Below are positions 12,631 through 24,325 of a stretch of DNA of 64,000 nt, in pieces. A program made the translations under genes and the position numbers. The stretch covers positions 124,001-188,000 of the forward strand of contig BDGG01000007.1 in assembly GCA_001949185.1 (NCBI GenBank), written 5' to 3'. The notes beneath the pieces are model-generated. The model saw nothing but the letters and a program-made list of their open reading frames with translations, searched no databases and was not told where the DNA came from. This DNA comes from Ramazzottius varieornatus. Its lineage: Eukaryota; Animalia; Tardigrada. Positions within the stretch are counted from its first letter, which is position 1. Each line of letters begins with the position of its first letter.

Positions 12631-15114
12631 TCATGAAACAGCGTTTTGGTGATTCGGTTTGAGCAACATTGGAACACCACGCCCTGCAAAGCGAAAACTG
12701 GCCGTTTCGTCACATCGATGCACCATCTCAGACTCTTCCGTGCTTCTTGTGGTTCGGTTCTTCTTGTCCAGATTGCGGGACTTAAGTGTCTTATACTGAT
12801 GATGATAGGCCGCTGGTACTACGGGTGCGGTCTGTGGGCCTCCAATGGCCGGAGCGGCAAACGCGGCTCTTCCGCTATAGTCGTTCGAATAAGTCACGGG
12901 TGGTGGATGAGAAACTCTTCTTCCAAAACCCACCTGCTCAAAACGCGGAAGTTATTGGTGAAGTTTTATATTTTTCAAGGTCCGAGCAAGAATAAGGGCG
13001 AATGCACCCTGCAACACTGTATCCAATCGATGTGAAATTCACGAGTGTACGGGTTGGCTTTCCGCGAAATACCCGTCATGACATATCCGGTACTGGAAAC
13101 ATGAACCAATGTGCAATCAGAAAAATACCAAGATCTTGCTCCTGGAAACTTACGAGCAGAGGACGATGAAGTGATTAAAGCTATCGTAATACTCCAAGAA
13201 GATGTCGTGCGTCGGCATGTAATAGCACGAAATGTAGTCGATGTAGTATCCTGTATATATAGAGGGTGTGGAACACCGTAACCAATTTGGCTGTGTAGGC
13301 AGCCTAACCTGGTGGAGTCTTGCAGCACTTAAAAGGCTGCGTGTCGTCGCCGTTGAAACCGGTACCGACGCGGTATACCCAGTATTGAAACTCACTGTCC
13401 CATAAACCTAAAAAATTGAAGTGGCAGACGAAATTAAAGCGTCGTGCTTCAGCAGCATGAATCTCACCTGTCATGAACGTGTCGACGGTCATGGATGAAT
13501 TTTGGGCAACGTAGCAAAAGTACTGGTTCGGAACTCCAAAATCCCTCACGTGGCACCTGAAATGTTTCGGTGATTTGCTGAATTCGAAACAGTCTGGTGC
13601 TCGAAAAGGCGGTTTATAAAACAGTGAAACTTGACGAACATCTACTCACGATGGATAATATGGATAGCGACCTTCAGCGGGTGGTTTGAACGGAAACATG
13701 AATCTACACCATACGAACTGGAGTTTCTGCAGACGAGAAGCTCGATTTACAAAATTACAGCCTGAGTGCGCCAACTTGCTACCACCTATTACAACCAGTT
13801 TCTCTCGAAGCGATCGTTGCTCAACTTTAAAATCAATTTTCCTTCATTCAAAAAACTATTTGCTACCTCTTGAAAGATTACTGGTCCAAATTTTGTTTGC
13901 AAAAAGCTGGAATCGAGATTAAACTAGCCTGTCCTAGCCAGTTCGCAGTTCCCGCTGTCTCCAAAAACTGTTTTTCGGAAAGTCAAACGTTCCCTAATTT
14001 TTCAACTAGAAATGAGCATGAAATGAGCGCTAAGTTTGAATATGCTCAGTTTACCCTCAAATAACGTCATAACGACAGCTTTTACTTAGCTTTAACTCAG
14101 GGTGAAGTGCACGTGAATCGTCGACGTGAAGTCAACGGGAAATTATGGCGAACCGCTGTTTCTTTGGGGCGGGAGGGGAAGCGCGAAGTGAAAATTACAA
14201 AAACTTTCGCAACGTTTTGAATTTGAACCGTTTTCGGAAAATTTTTTCCAGTTCCCCGTTGAAGTTCTGAGGTGCTGTTGTTTAAGAATAAATAGAACAC
14301 AAATCGAGCTACAGGAAAACTGACTGGAAACGTAATTCTACCGTTCCGTAAAACAGCTGGGAATTTTGCCCGAAATGAATTTTCCCGGCAGAAATGCCGA
14401 ATTCGAGGGTAATATTTCGTTTGTCAATCTGGTTCAGAACTTTTCTGGCCTCTTTCAGTTTTTTCCGACTACTGACATGGTTGTACGTTCGAAAACATCG
14501 AACTTGTGATGAAAACTCAAGCAAGGAATTTTGTAGACTGCGTTTGACTTGCTGCGGTAAGTCTTCCCCACCGGAAGCCATACTAGTCAACTTTTCCAAC
14601 CTATTTCTCGATACATTCCAACCTATTCTCAAAACGTATCATAGCTCGATCGCCCCAGCTTTGAAAGCCATACGGAAAGTGTGGAAGTATGAGTGATAAG
14701 GTGGCAGTCTGAATTTTTCCTCGCCGAAATGCTACAGTAGGTGGTAGCAAGTTGGCGCACTCAGGATGTACAGTATCGGTGGTGTGTAGACGATGAAAAT
14801 ATTGCTTACCTCAAAATCATCGTTGAAGTCTCTAGCAAACAAAAGAATTACGTCCTGATACGATTTCATCGAGTTTACAGTTTAAAACAAGTTCAAAAAC
14901 AATTTTGCTTACTGTATTCCAATAAGCGCTTCTCCTGTAAGGACACCATCAATTTAAACTGGATGGGCTGCAAATTTCGTACACATGCCCGGCTGACTTA
15001 CAGTATATGACAACAAGCGAAGAAGCAAGCGAACCATAACGAGAAAATCAGACGCACCGTCATGACACTCCATGATCCATTTGCGATGCGGAAGTAAGGA
15101 GCCACCGTGGCCAT
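12631..15114 (-). CDS. Secreted Cys/Tyr/Trp-rich protein with repeated C...G[LI]...[FW]xxCC units (dermatopontin-like architecture); 9 exons including a 22-nt microexon
   Basis: Exons 15114(or 15063)-15002, 14934-14913, 14854-14810, 13726-13650, 13556-13468, 13407-13309, 13250-13154, 13092-13008 and 12933-12631 all join in frame through GT-AG introns. Hydrophobic N-terminus (VRLIFSLWFACFFACC). The family assignment is tentative. Confidence 0.75.
13758..14768. mobile_element. Non-autonomous Tc1/mariner-type element (~1.0 kb) in an intron of the secreted-protein gene
   Basis: ~31-bp TIR CAGCCTGAGTGCGCCAACTTGCTACCACCTA at both ends (1 mismatch), TA on both flanks, no intact ORF. Confidence 0.85.
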
Positions 15115-15416
15115 GAAATGTCGAGACCAATGAGTCGCCCTAGGAAAATGTGGTTTCCTGTTTTCGCCATAGATTCGTTAGCGACTTTAGCGCTAAACGT
15201 ACATTGGCGTATGTACTTTAACGATTTCTTCAAGTGGTAGTGGCGTTATATTTTTGGTGGTAGTTGCTTGGGAATTCACGTTGGGATGGTTGTCTTTTCT
15301 GGAATATTTAGTCGGCAGTTTGAATACTTGTGTTCTCGCATTTTGTTATCAATTTGGTCTTTGGTACTTTGGTTCTCAATACTTGTGTTTGAATACTTGT
15401 GTCCAGTTTTTGATAC

Positions 15417-16640
15417 ATGAACGTCGGCAAGGCCTCGCTTTCTTCAGACTCTGACACAGAGCCTGTAGCTCGCCGAACCAGTATTCACGGACCTACGGCT
15501 GATGACCAACCTGATCCTCCAGTCCTTACGGTTCCCTCGCGTCGTAAACGAAAGACGCGCGCTAAGGCGACTCCGGCTCGTCAACGTTTCCGGAGGTCCA
15601 ACACAGGCTCAACCGCCCCACGAGTGGCACGGGCTCTTATGGCCTCGGTGTCCGCCAGCTCCAGCAATCTCCAACCATCGTCCGAGGACTGGTGTGCGCT
15701 CCAAAACGAAGTTCGCCAACTCCGTGCTGAAATCTCCAACTCTCTTCGGCACCTGTTTCCACGTCGAAAACAACAACCGCCGTAGTACCCTGCTCGGATC
15801 AACACGCGCACCATCCGTCACTATGCTCGAGGATTCAACTGTCGATGCACCATCTTCCGCGCCCGTCATCGCATCCAGCTCCAAGCCCGCTCAGGTCCTA
15901 GTTCTTCCTCCAGCTGACCTTTACCTGCCCGTTGTCGAGCCCGCACTTTTGGCCAATTTACAGAACCCTTGTGAGTATGTCGACCTGGAGAATTGCCTGC
16001 CTCAGAACCGGGCCACGTTCGGTGAAATCGAAGGACCCGCAACTTCAACGGGTCGCGGTCGCGGGGCTGGAGGTTCTGAAAAGCATCGTATTCGATCTTT
16101 TGACGATCGGGCGGAAGCCTTGTCTCTGTTCTCCCGTTTTCGTGGCTACTATGCCCCGGAATTAGCTTCTCCAATGGTTGGATACATCAATGTGATCCGA
16201 AAGCTGTCCAAACAGTTTCCCTTAGCTACCTGGCAAGCTTGATACGGATGCGGCGACACCAACCATCTTCTGCCCGCTCGCCCGAGACGATCGCTACCCA
16301 GGGCTCCTTTTCCGTACCAACAGCTATTCGTCCCTTGCTACCCATATCCGGATCGCGGCTATGGCTACCAAGGGCACCACCATTTAGCATTACAGCGGGT
16401 AGTAGTGGCCAAGGAACGGGATACAGTTTCCCACAAGCTCCTTTCGGGTGGCCCTCAGAACCCTGTTTCTGGTAGGAAACCAAAAAGCAGTCTAAAGGTA
16501 TATCGCCCAGCGCTGAAGTCTGTCAGGCTTACAATCTTGTTTATTGTGAAGGCTCGGTGGTTGCATCTCTGCAATTTATGTTTTTCCAGAGAGCATAGAG
16601 CAGCCTTCCACAACACTGGTGTTAACCCTCATCCCGGCCA
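15417..16640 (+). pseudogene. gag-like ORF of the Ngaro-type element (frameshifted)
   Basis: Low-complexity N-terminus, EYVDLENCLP, IRSFDDRAEALSLF..YINVIRKL..W, and a C-terminal Cys/His cluster (CQAYN..C...HLCNLC...H). These are typical of DIRS/Ngaro ORF1. Confidence 0.7.
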
Positions 16641-16659
16641 GTAGTTCCACACCTCTCAA

Positions 16660-18240
16660 ACCTCAACGTTTCTCTTTTCTTCTCCAACACTATCCCGCTA
16701 CAACACTATAAACATGCAGGTCAGCACTTCTGTAATGAGTTGACAAACGGCATTGGCATTGGCTATTTCGGCCCGGCTTTGGCACGTTCCACAAACAATG
16801 CTAAAACCGCGGACCATCATCCGGATGTAATAGCCAAGTACATCAAGAAAGAAATCGAGGCCAAGCACACCGCGGGTCCTTTTCCCACTCCCCGTTTACC
16901 AAACTTCGTCGTGTCTTCGCTTGGTGTTAGACCAAAGAAAACGGGCGGCGCTCGTTTGATTATGGATCTTTCTCGTCCCTTCCGAAATTCGGTTAATGAC
17001 TACATTTCAGCAGACGCGTTCACATTGAAATTCTCTAATATTGATGAAGCAGTAGCGCTAGTTATCAAGAGTGGGGAAGGAGTGTTCATGGCCAAGGCGG
17101 ATGTTCAAAGTGCGTTTAGGCTAATTCCAGCTCGCAAAGAGGACTGGAACCTATTGGAATATTTCTTTGACATCGAATATTGTTTCGACATTGTTTTGCC
17201 TTTCGGGTTACGATCGTCACCAGCGACCTCCAACCGTCTGCCACAGTTCGTCAAATGGCTGCTGATACACAACGGTCCGACAGTTGACTGGGTTCACTAC
17301 ATGGACGATTTCTTTGTCGTCTGTGATTCGGAACAGAAGTGTCACCAAGCCATGTTATACATGAAGCAACTGTGCGAAGACCTTGGGGTACCGTTAGCCG
17401 ACGAGAAAGACAGAGGGTCCTTCAAGCAGCTCAACTTTTCTCGGAGTGGGGATTGACAGTGCCGAACAAACGTTACATGTGCCTCAGCAGAAAATAGACG
17501 AACTGAAGATAGGGTTTTCACTTTGTGACCATCGACCAAGGGCAACCAAGCGTTCACTTCCGAGTTTGATTGGGAAACTCACTTCAATCAGGAGATGCAT
17601 ACCCGCTGGGCGGATATTTCTGCGTCAGATGCTAGATTTAGCCCCCAAAATCCGAAGTTTAGACCGAACCATTCATCTCAACCAAGGGTTCAAGGCAGAC
17701 TTGGAATGGTGGAAGCACTTTCTGCCACTTTGGAATGGTACAGCTTCGTTTCTCGAACCAACGTGGACTCCTGCGTCTCGGTTGTCTTTGTTCAGTGATG
17801 CAGCGGGTTCGACAAGGGTGTGGTGCGATTTGCGGTAACCAGTGGTTCCAATACAGGTGGCCAGACTGGGTACTGGCTCTTAATCCACCTATCGCCTGGC
17901 ACGAAATGGTACCCATCTACCTATCATGTGTAGTCTGGGGTTCAGAATGGCGCGGCAAGCGTCTGGAATTTTATTCCGATAATCAAGCAACAGTAGCAGC
18001 ATGGAAAGAGTTTCAGACCCCGTAAGGGTCTGATGGAGTTGATCCGACGCATTCATTTCCACGCAGCCAAAAACAACTTCACACTCGGAATTACGCATTT
18101 GCGCGGGGTGGCGAATGCTATCTCTGATTCCCTCTCACGTTTTCAGATGGAACGGTTCCGCACGCTAGCACCAAGTGCCAATCATTCACCGGAAACAATA
18201 GACTCGAACCTTACAGAGTTAATACAGTCACTTTACATGC
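16660..18240 (+). pseudogene. Reverse transcriptase / RNase H of the Ngaro-type element (frameshifts near 17410, 17815 and 18010)
   Basis: RT: AGPF..LGVRPKK..RLIMDLS..SVND..KADVQSAFRLIP..LPFGLRSSP..HYMDDF. RNase H: FSDAAG..GCGA..W..E..SDNQA..HLRGVANAISDSLSR. Confidence 0.92.
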
Positions 18241-19114
18241 AAAACGACAAATGGATCGAAAGCTCGATCACGGAGTTGACAGCCTTATCGCTGCCCACCT
18301 GGCTTGCGGCACGCGAAGAGCTTATGGAACCGGTTAGACGGTTCTTTCGTTTTTGCCTAACTCAGCAGTACCCTTTCCTTCCATCTGATTCGACCACGCT
18401 GCATCGATTTGCCCCATTCCTTTTTGATGAAAAATTTTCCGCGAGAACGGGAGCCGTTTACATAGCAGCAGTCCGGAAGCAGCATCTCGAACAACGGTTC
18501 CTTGATCCTTGTGCGAATGAGTAGGCCAGACTGATAAGACCCCGCCCCGACCGGCAAAAACCCATTATTCGCAGTATAATGAAAATGCTCCAGCAGCGCA
18601 TTAAGCGAGAAGAAAAACTGGACAAATACGACAAAATTATGCTCTGGTCAGCATTCAACTTAGCCTTTTTTGGTTACTTGCATGTGTCGGAGTACACAAG
18701 CTATTCCCAAAGCTGCCTCACTCACCCCCTATCCTTGTCGAATATTTTGATCTTCCGACTATCTCTGCGTCTGCATCAAGCAAGACGAAACCAACTGTAC
18801 TGGATTTCCTGTATACCTCAAGTTAGCTGCCACTGGTCATTCTAGTTACCCCGTTTGTTCTTTCTCAGAATATGTCATTTCTAGAAAACACTTCAATTTC
18901 ACCTTGCTTTATCTTTGAATCGGGAGAATTGTTAACCCGACAGCATCTAAACTCTTGGCTAAAACAGTTTCTTGAGTCGAATTTTTCGTCGCATAGTTTT
19001 CGCATAGGCGCAGCAACGTCGGCCTGAGCATTTGGCATACCGATTGACCACATCAAGTTAGCCGGTCGATGGAAGGGCAATGCTTACGCGCGGTACATTC
19101 GTCAAACTTCGTAA
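18240..19114 (+). pseudogene. Tyrosine recombinase of the Ngaro-type element (stops and frameshifts)
   Basis: LAFFGYLHVSEY (box I) and HSFRIGAATSA*AFGIPIDHIKLAGRWKGNAYARYIR (box II, catalytic H-x-x-R, GRW, Y). In-frame TGA at ~19025. Confidence 0.88.
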
Positions 19115-20649
19115 AGAGCTTCCTAATATCAATGTGGCTTCTCGCGCTGTGGTTGTGCTTGGGGTGACCATCGCTCGTGTCGGTGCTGGGGGTGCTTAAA
19201 TATAGGGTCAGTCAGTGCTTAAATATAGGGTCAGCAAACCTTGCGACCGGTAACAGTTTCAGTTTGACGGTGGACGCCTCCTCAATGCCGGCACTTGCGT
19301 CCGTGTTCGTTTAGAGTAAAGTACGCCAATGGTACACGACAAAAAACCTACAGTACAATTCTAACAAGTGTGTATACGAATGTGCAGCCAGCTTACGGTT
19401 CCAAAGGGGAAATAATTGGAGTAATACCGATATGTGCATGAGATGCCGGAGAAAATAGAGATCAAAATGAAACCGCGGAGAACATATGACTTGTTTGAGC
19501 TCGCCATACTTAGATCAAACATCCTGTGGCACAAGTTCCACCTATTCCACCTGTGGTAATACAGCCGAACTCAGTTGCGTCTGCATATCGCAGAATCCGA
19601 TTTCCTGCGCAGGTGATTGGGAGTCGGCGCAAAGCTCTGTTATCAAAGATTGTCGCTGCCTGTCGCAAGAATATCCGTCATCAAAATCACATAATTAAAG
19701 TTGTGAGCAGAAAAGTACATATCGGGATGTAAACTTCGCTACGCGCGCCCACAAGTACTCTTAGTTCTCTGTCTACGCAGATTAAAAGTATGACCACAAC
19801 CTAAGATCTTCAGCGACAAGGTCGTTGGTCTGTGAAGATCATTTCTCACTTCAAAATTTTCTAACCGGTTTTGCTCATCGTTCAGCTTGGGCGAATCGTG
19901 CTGTATCGTTTCCTCATCTCGACCGACTTCGACATTCATTCAACGGAAGAACATCTTAGTGACGTCTTCTTTCTCGACTCTGGAAATACCACCGGAGCCT
20001 GCCGACGTCCTGCCTATCGACCAGAAGTTAGAGTTTGAAAAGGCCGCAAGAGAAGTTGCGCTTTCGCGACCACTTTGAGACTTTCACATGCCTTTGGATG
20101 GAAGGCCCATTACATCTTTGTTTCAGGTCACGTGATAACCGCCACTCCTCGCGCTCTCTGTCGACCCCGTGTCACCATGGTTGGCGGCGGGCAACAGACC
20201 ACTCGCCGTGGCAGGCCATACAGGCCAGGTGCCCATCGCCGAACTCTCAGTTACGGCACGAGTAATTTCACCGAGGGTCTCCCACGAGACGACACAAGTC
20301 TTACAATTTTAACCTACAGTATTGTTCAACTTCCTTGTGGTTGGTCATGCACATTGCACAAAAAACCAACTGTCAGCTGTGTCTGCGTAAAGGCTTTTTA
20401 CGGTGGTTAGACCGCAGGCATACACATCCTCCTCGCAGAAGCGCGTTGCGGTAGCATATTGACGAGGACGAGCTCGACTTGCGTCGAGGGCTGATGGTAA
20501 GACACCGTCGTCGCCAGGAGCGGATTTCTCTTACACTTTAAATTTTACCTCTCGCTCGAGCTAGGTACCAACTGCAAGTGCATCACACATGAGTTGCCAT
20601 GGTCCAGCTGTTATTTATCTCCTCATCAGGTGTCCACATTTCGACCACG

Positions 20650-22035
20650 ATGTGGAGCCTTGTAGTATCTTCTGTGCTTTCTGCTCTGTGTTTATTTGGT
20701 TCAACATGGAGTCAGCGAATGAGCAATCCCGTCAGCAATTTTCAAATTTCTGCCATGGCAGCGCTGGCCCAGGGCTTCCCAGTGGATCGGGTTATGGCGG
20801 GGAGAATTCCTTCTTGCGATGACGGCAAGGTAAGACAACGAAACTTTCTCGAAATTTGCCTCCTGCTCTACAGTACAGTATGTCCGATTAGTAAAAGTGC
20901 TCAGTCATGACAGACGAACCTTACCCTTGACTGGGATGGATCGAGTAAAGAATATACTTGCCTGGAATTTCCGTTTACAACACCGCAACAGGTGGTCGCG
21001 GCTGCGTCGTGTGGACCAACACCGCCCCAGGTAAAAGTTACAGTCGAGCATCAGATTGACTTCGTCGATGCGAACTAAGGCGAGTTGATTCATATCATTT
21101 GGTGTTGTGTTGATTGACTGTGACACACTTCCTGGTTGCAGTAGCTTCCATTGACCAGCTTACTCGTAAAGTTTCATCACCGTAATTAACCCTTCCACAG
21201 GCGTTACACTTCTGTATGACGGACCAGATTCACTACACCGATGTACCGCCAACAAGGTGCGTGTAAGACACCTCAGACACTTCGTACTCTTGATTCATCT
21301 CAAGATCCACTTGAGACCGCGACATCTACACGGTCTGCTCGCTTTGGGCTCGTAGACAACAGGACGTGGTAATGTAATTGATTAAAAAAACTTGACGTTG
21401 TGTTTTTTCCAGCGGTAACCATCGACCCACATGGCCAACGTACGGTGAATACCGATACATTCCGCCGCAGCGGTGGCTTCATAGTTTGGAGGTGCGTGCG
21501 CAATTTCAATCACTTCAACTTTCTCTCTCATATTCCATGTTCTGACAGAATGACATTACAATGTTTTCATGTCGGTTCTGTCTGTCGTTGTTTAGCACGG
21601 AGCCGTTGTTATGCTGTACCATCCCTGTGCTGATGCAGCGGAAGTGGACAAGCTTCGTGCCGTTGTGACAGGTTGTCTGCGCCGGTACATTATAACTCCG
21701 TATGACAAGCTGCCAAAGCAAGCTGTAAGTATCAACCAATGAACAAAAGACTTTTCATCGATGATACTTTCTGATAGTGACAGACTTGCAGTTGTCTGTT
21801 CTTTTAGCCGCTGGCCTTACTCACATGGGGATGCTTGCTGACTTTAAGTCAAGCCGATGAAAAATCCGCCAAGGATTTCATTCAGGCTCGGGGAATCAAT
21901 TTCGGGGCCGAACAGGTGGAGCAGGATGGCGACTTCACTGATCAACTAATCAAGCAGTCGGTGGTAGTCCCAGGTTCCGACATGAAAGACAGTCATCTTT
22001 GTCCCACTGCCCACGGTTCGAAGCTAGCTATGTAA
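20650..22035 (+). CDS. Secreted DUF3105-domain protein (TP53I13-like); exons 20650-20829, 21201-21256, 21413-21491, 21596-21724, 21808-22035
   Basis: Signal peptide, then spliced [42 protein letters not shown]...[10 protein letters not shown]...PLALLTWGC. Confidence 0.88.
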
Positions 22036-22523
22036 CCGTGATGCTGCGATACTCTCGTGGTCTTTGCCATGGCATATCGATTGTTCCGCTTTTATTTCTG
22101 GCGCGCCCCAGCCCGATGTTCGAGGCTTGCGTACCCTGATTTCGTGAGTACCTGCGGTTACAGTGCTTGTACTGTAGCTGTACTTAGTGTTGAATGCTCT
22201 CCTGATGTCTATCTACAAAGTAAGATGTTGTTGTTGTTTTTTTCTGCGCTGGCAGAATCCAGTGTACTTCGACCATGAGTACATTTGATCAGGCGAAAAT
22301 GGAGTAGACCGGAAATGAAGTCGACAGAGCTACAGAAAAAATACCCCAGATTTCCAAAAGGCTGGGCTCCGCGTTTCGGCATAGGAGAGAACTTGAGAAA
22401 CTTCGGAGACTGGCATTCTCTTTCGGGTGATGCATATCATCAGCGACGGTGTTGCAGGCCTCCCGATCGTAGGAATTTAGGATACTTCTGTTGTACTGAA
22501 TCTCACACGAACTGCATTCTACG

Positions 22524-23411
22524 ATGCTGCTTCCAAACTTTCTCGTTATGTTCGGAGTTGGTCTGGTGTTGATCCGCGATTGTTATGGACAGAATGATCT
22601 TACCAAGTCTTCGTCGACTGTCCCTATCTTGCACGACCCAAACCTCCTGGTCGTGGACCTAATTACCAAACCGACCATAAAAGGCCTGACAATCAACTGG
22701 GCAATTGCGGAAATTCAGACCGTCATGACAAGTCCCCAGACATTCTTCCGCTCAACATCAATGACATCTGCGGAACTCGGTATGGGACCCGACGTCGATG
22801 GCTCCTGGAATCTGGTTCTCTACCTGCACGAACTGATCGATGGAAATTTATACATCAGTGTCTACCTGGAGCGACAGCACTCGTCGAAAGGAAAAGTCCA
22901 TGTTACTTTGTCCTTACAGTAAGCAAACCTTTTGGTCTCAAGCTTTTTCGTTCAGCTTTGCAAAGAAGGAAAAATTTATTGTCCTGAGGGCGTAGGAAAA
23001 TTCCGCGCTATGCCACGTTGGTTGCTCACCGTCTGACGTGATAGGTCCGCTCGTCTGTTCTGACTGTTCAAGTTGCATAACTTTCCTATCACAATTTTGC
23101 GCTGCAGGGCGAAATTCGACAACGGGACGGTGATCAACTCCGTTGGACCCGAGACCACGATCTTCCCGGAGGGCGAAGCTGACAACACAAACTACGGATG
23201 GGCTAACTTTCTGAAGGAATCGATGCTGGACAAGTCCCCAACCGCCACCTTACATCTGCAGGCCCATGTTGCGCTGATGGGACCTGTAACGACCATCAGA
23301 CAATCCCAACGGCAACAGGTGGAATCTGACTCGAAGCCATTCGTCGTGAACCGAGGCATCCCAGGTGCTGTCAAAGAAACATCTCCGACTAGGGAGCCTC
23401 CGCCAACTTAA
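22524..23411 (+). CDS. Signal-peptide-bearing stand-alone MATH/TRAF-like domain protein; exons 22524-22918 and 23108-23411
   Basis: Hydrophobic N-terminus ending CYG-Q. MATH pattern INWAI..FRS..WNLVLY..YISVYL..YGWANFL..LHLQAHV. Phase-2 GT-AG intron joins in frame. Confidence 0.75.
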
Positions 23412-24325
23412 CCATCTGCTTCGTCCAGAAAACGATAGAAGAAACCGACCGATTATACTCAGCTCACGAGGTGACTTCGGGAACACAATATACCGAAAAA
23501 TAAATCTTTCACACACCTGCATACAGCGACCCATGTACTTCCTGGGATCCTTAGTATGCAGGTGCTCGTAAGTCTTCAAAATAGGTCTCTCTGGTTTTGA
23601 TATTTTCCCGATGGTCCTTTTTCTTCTTCAAGACCGATATTTATTTTCGACTGATAAAAAAGTAACATGCCTTTGTAAGTAAAAGCTTTGGATCTTCTTG
23701 ATCATAAAAAAGTACACCACTAGCATACAACCCTCTGTTTTTGCCAATCACAAAACGAGCCAACAACCAAAGGAAGGCCAGCAAGCAAGCCTCGGTAACC
23801 AACAAGAAAGCCCGTAAAAGAAGACATGCGAGTTGAGTAGACTCGACAACAAGCACTATCGATAAAAAAACGGACAGAAAGTGAGGGACGAGGCCAATGC
23901 AGAAAAAGAAGAATGGATAACAATAGACGGATTTCTCTTTTCCGCAAACTCTTCAGAACTTTGCTTTTCTGGGTAGCCGTACAGAAAAGACAGGAAGGAA
24001 GGCACTTGGAAAATTTTGTGCGCTTTCGATGGACGGAAAAGAATCAGGCGACCGTAAGGGACTGACGGAAAGAAAACGGTCCCTTAAATTAATTCATTTC
24101 AATCCAATCAACCGAACCAGGCAACATGGAAATCACCAGCGGTCGAAGTGAAGACTGGCCAGTCAAACAAGACTAAGACAGAGCCCAATCATCCCAACGG
24201 CTGAGAAGCCAGACAGGCCGCCACGACCGGCCTGACATTAGCGTCAATTTTCTTCGCTTGGCGTTTCCCTCCATGTCTCCTACGCTCTCTTTAGAGCTGG
24301 AAATTGGGAGACATGGAGGCTATCA

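Larger units (their letters stand above)
15202..19331 (+). mobile_element. Decayed Ngaro-type DIRS-order (tyrosine recombinase) retrotransposon: gag, RT/RNase H, YR
   Basis: The three coding modules are recognisable. Ends are CATTGGCGTA...TACGCCAATG with GTA on both flanks. The right end is confirmed independently by the derivative copy starting at 3964. Confidence 0.9.

Noticed and set aside
23641-23947. Hydrophobic ORFs as an alternative syntaxin TM exon
   Set aside because: No convincing in-phase acceptor followed by a basic juxtamembrane motif; more likely T-rich 3' UTR.
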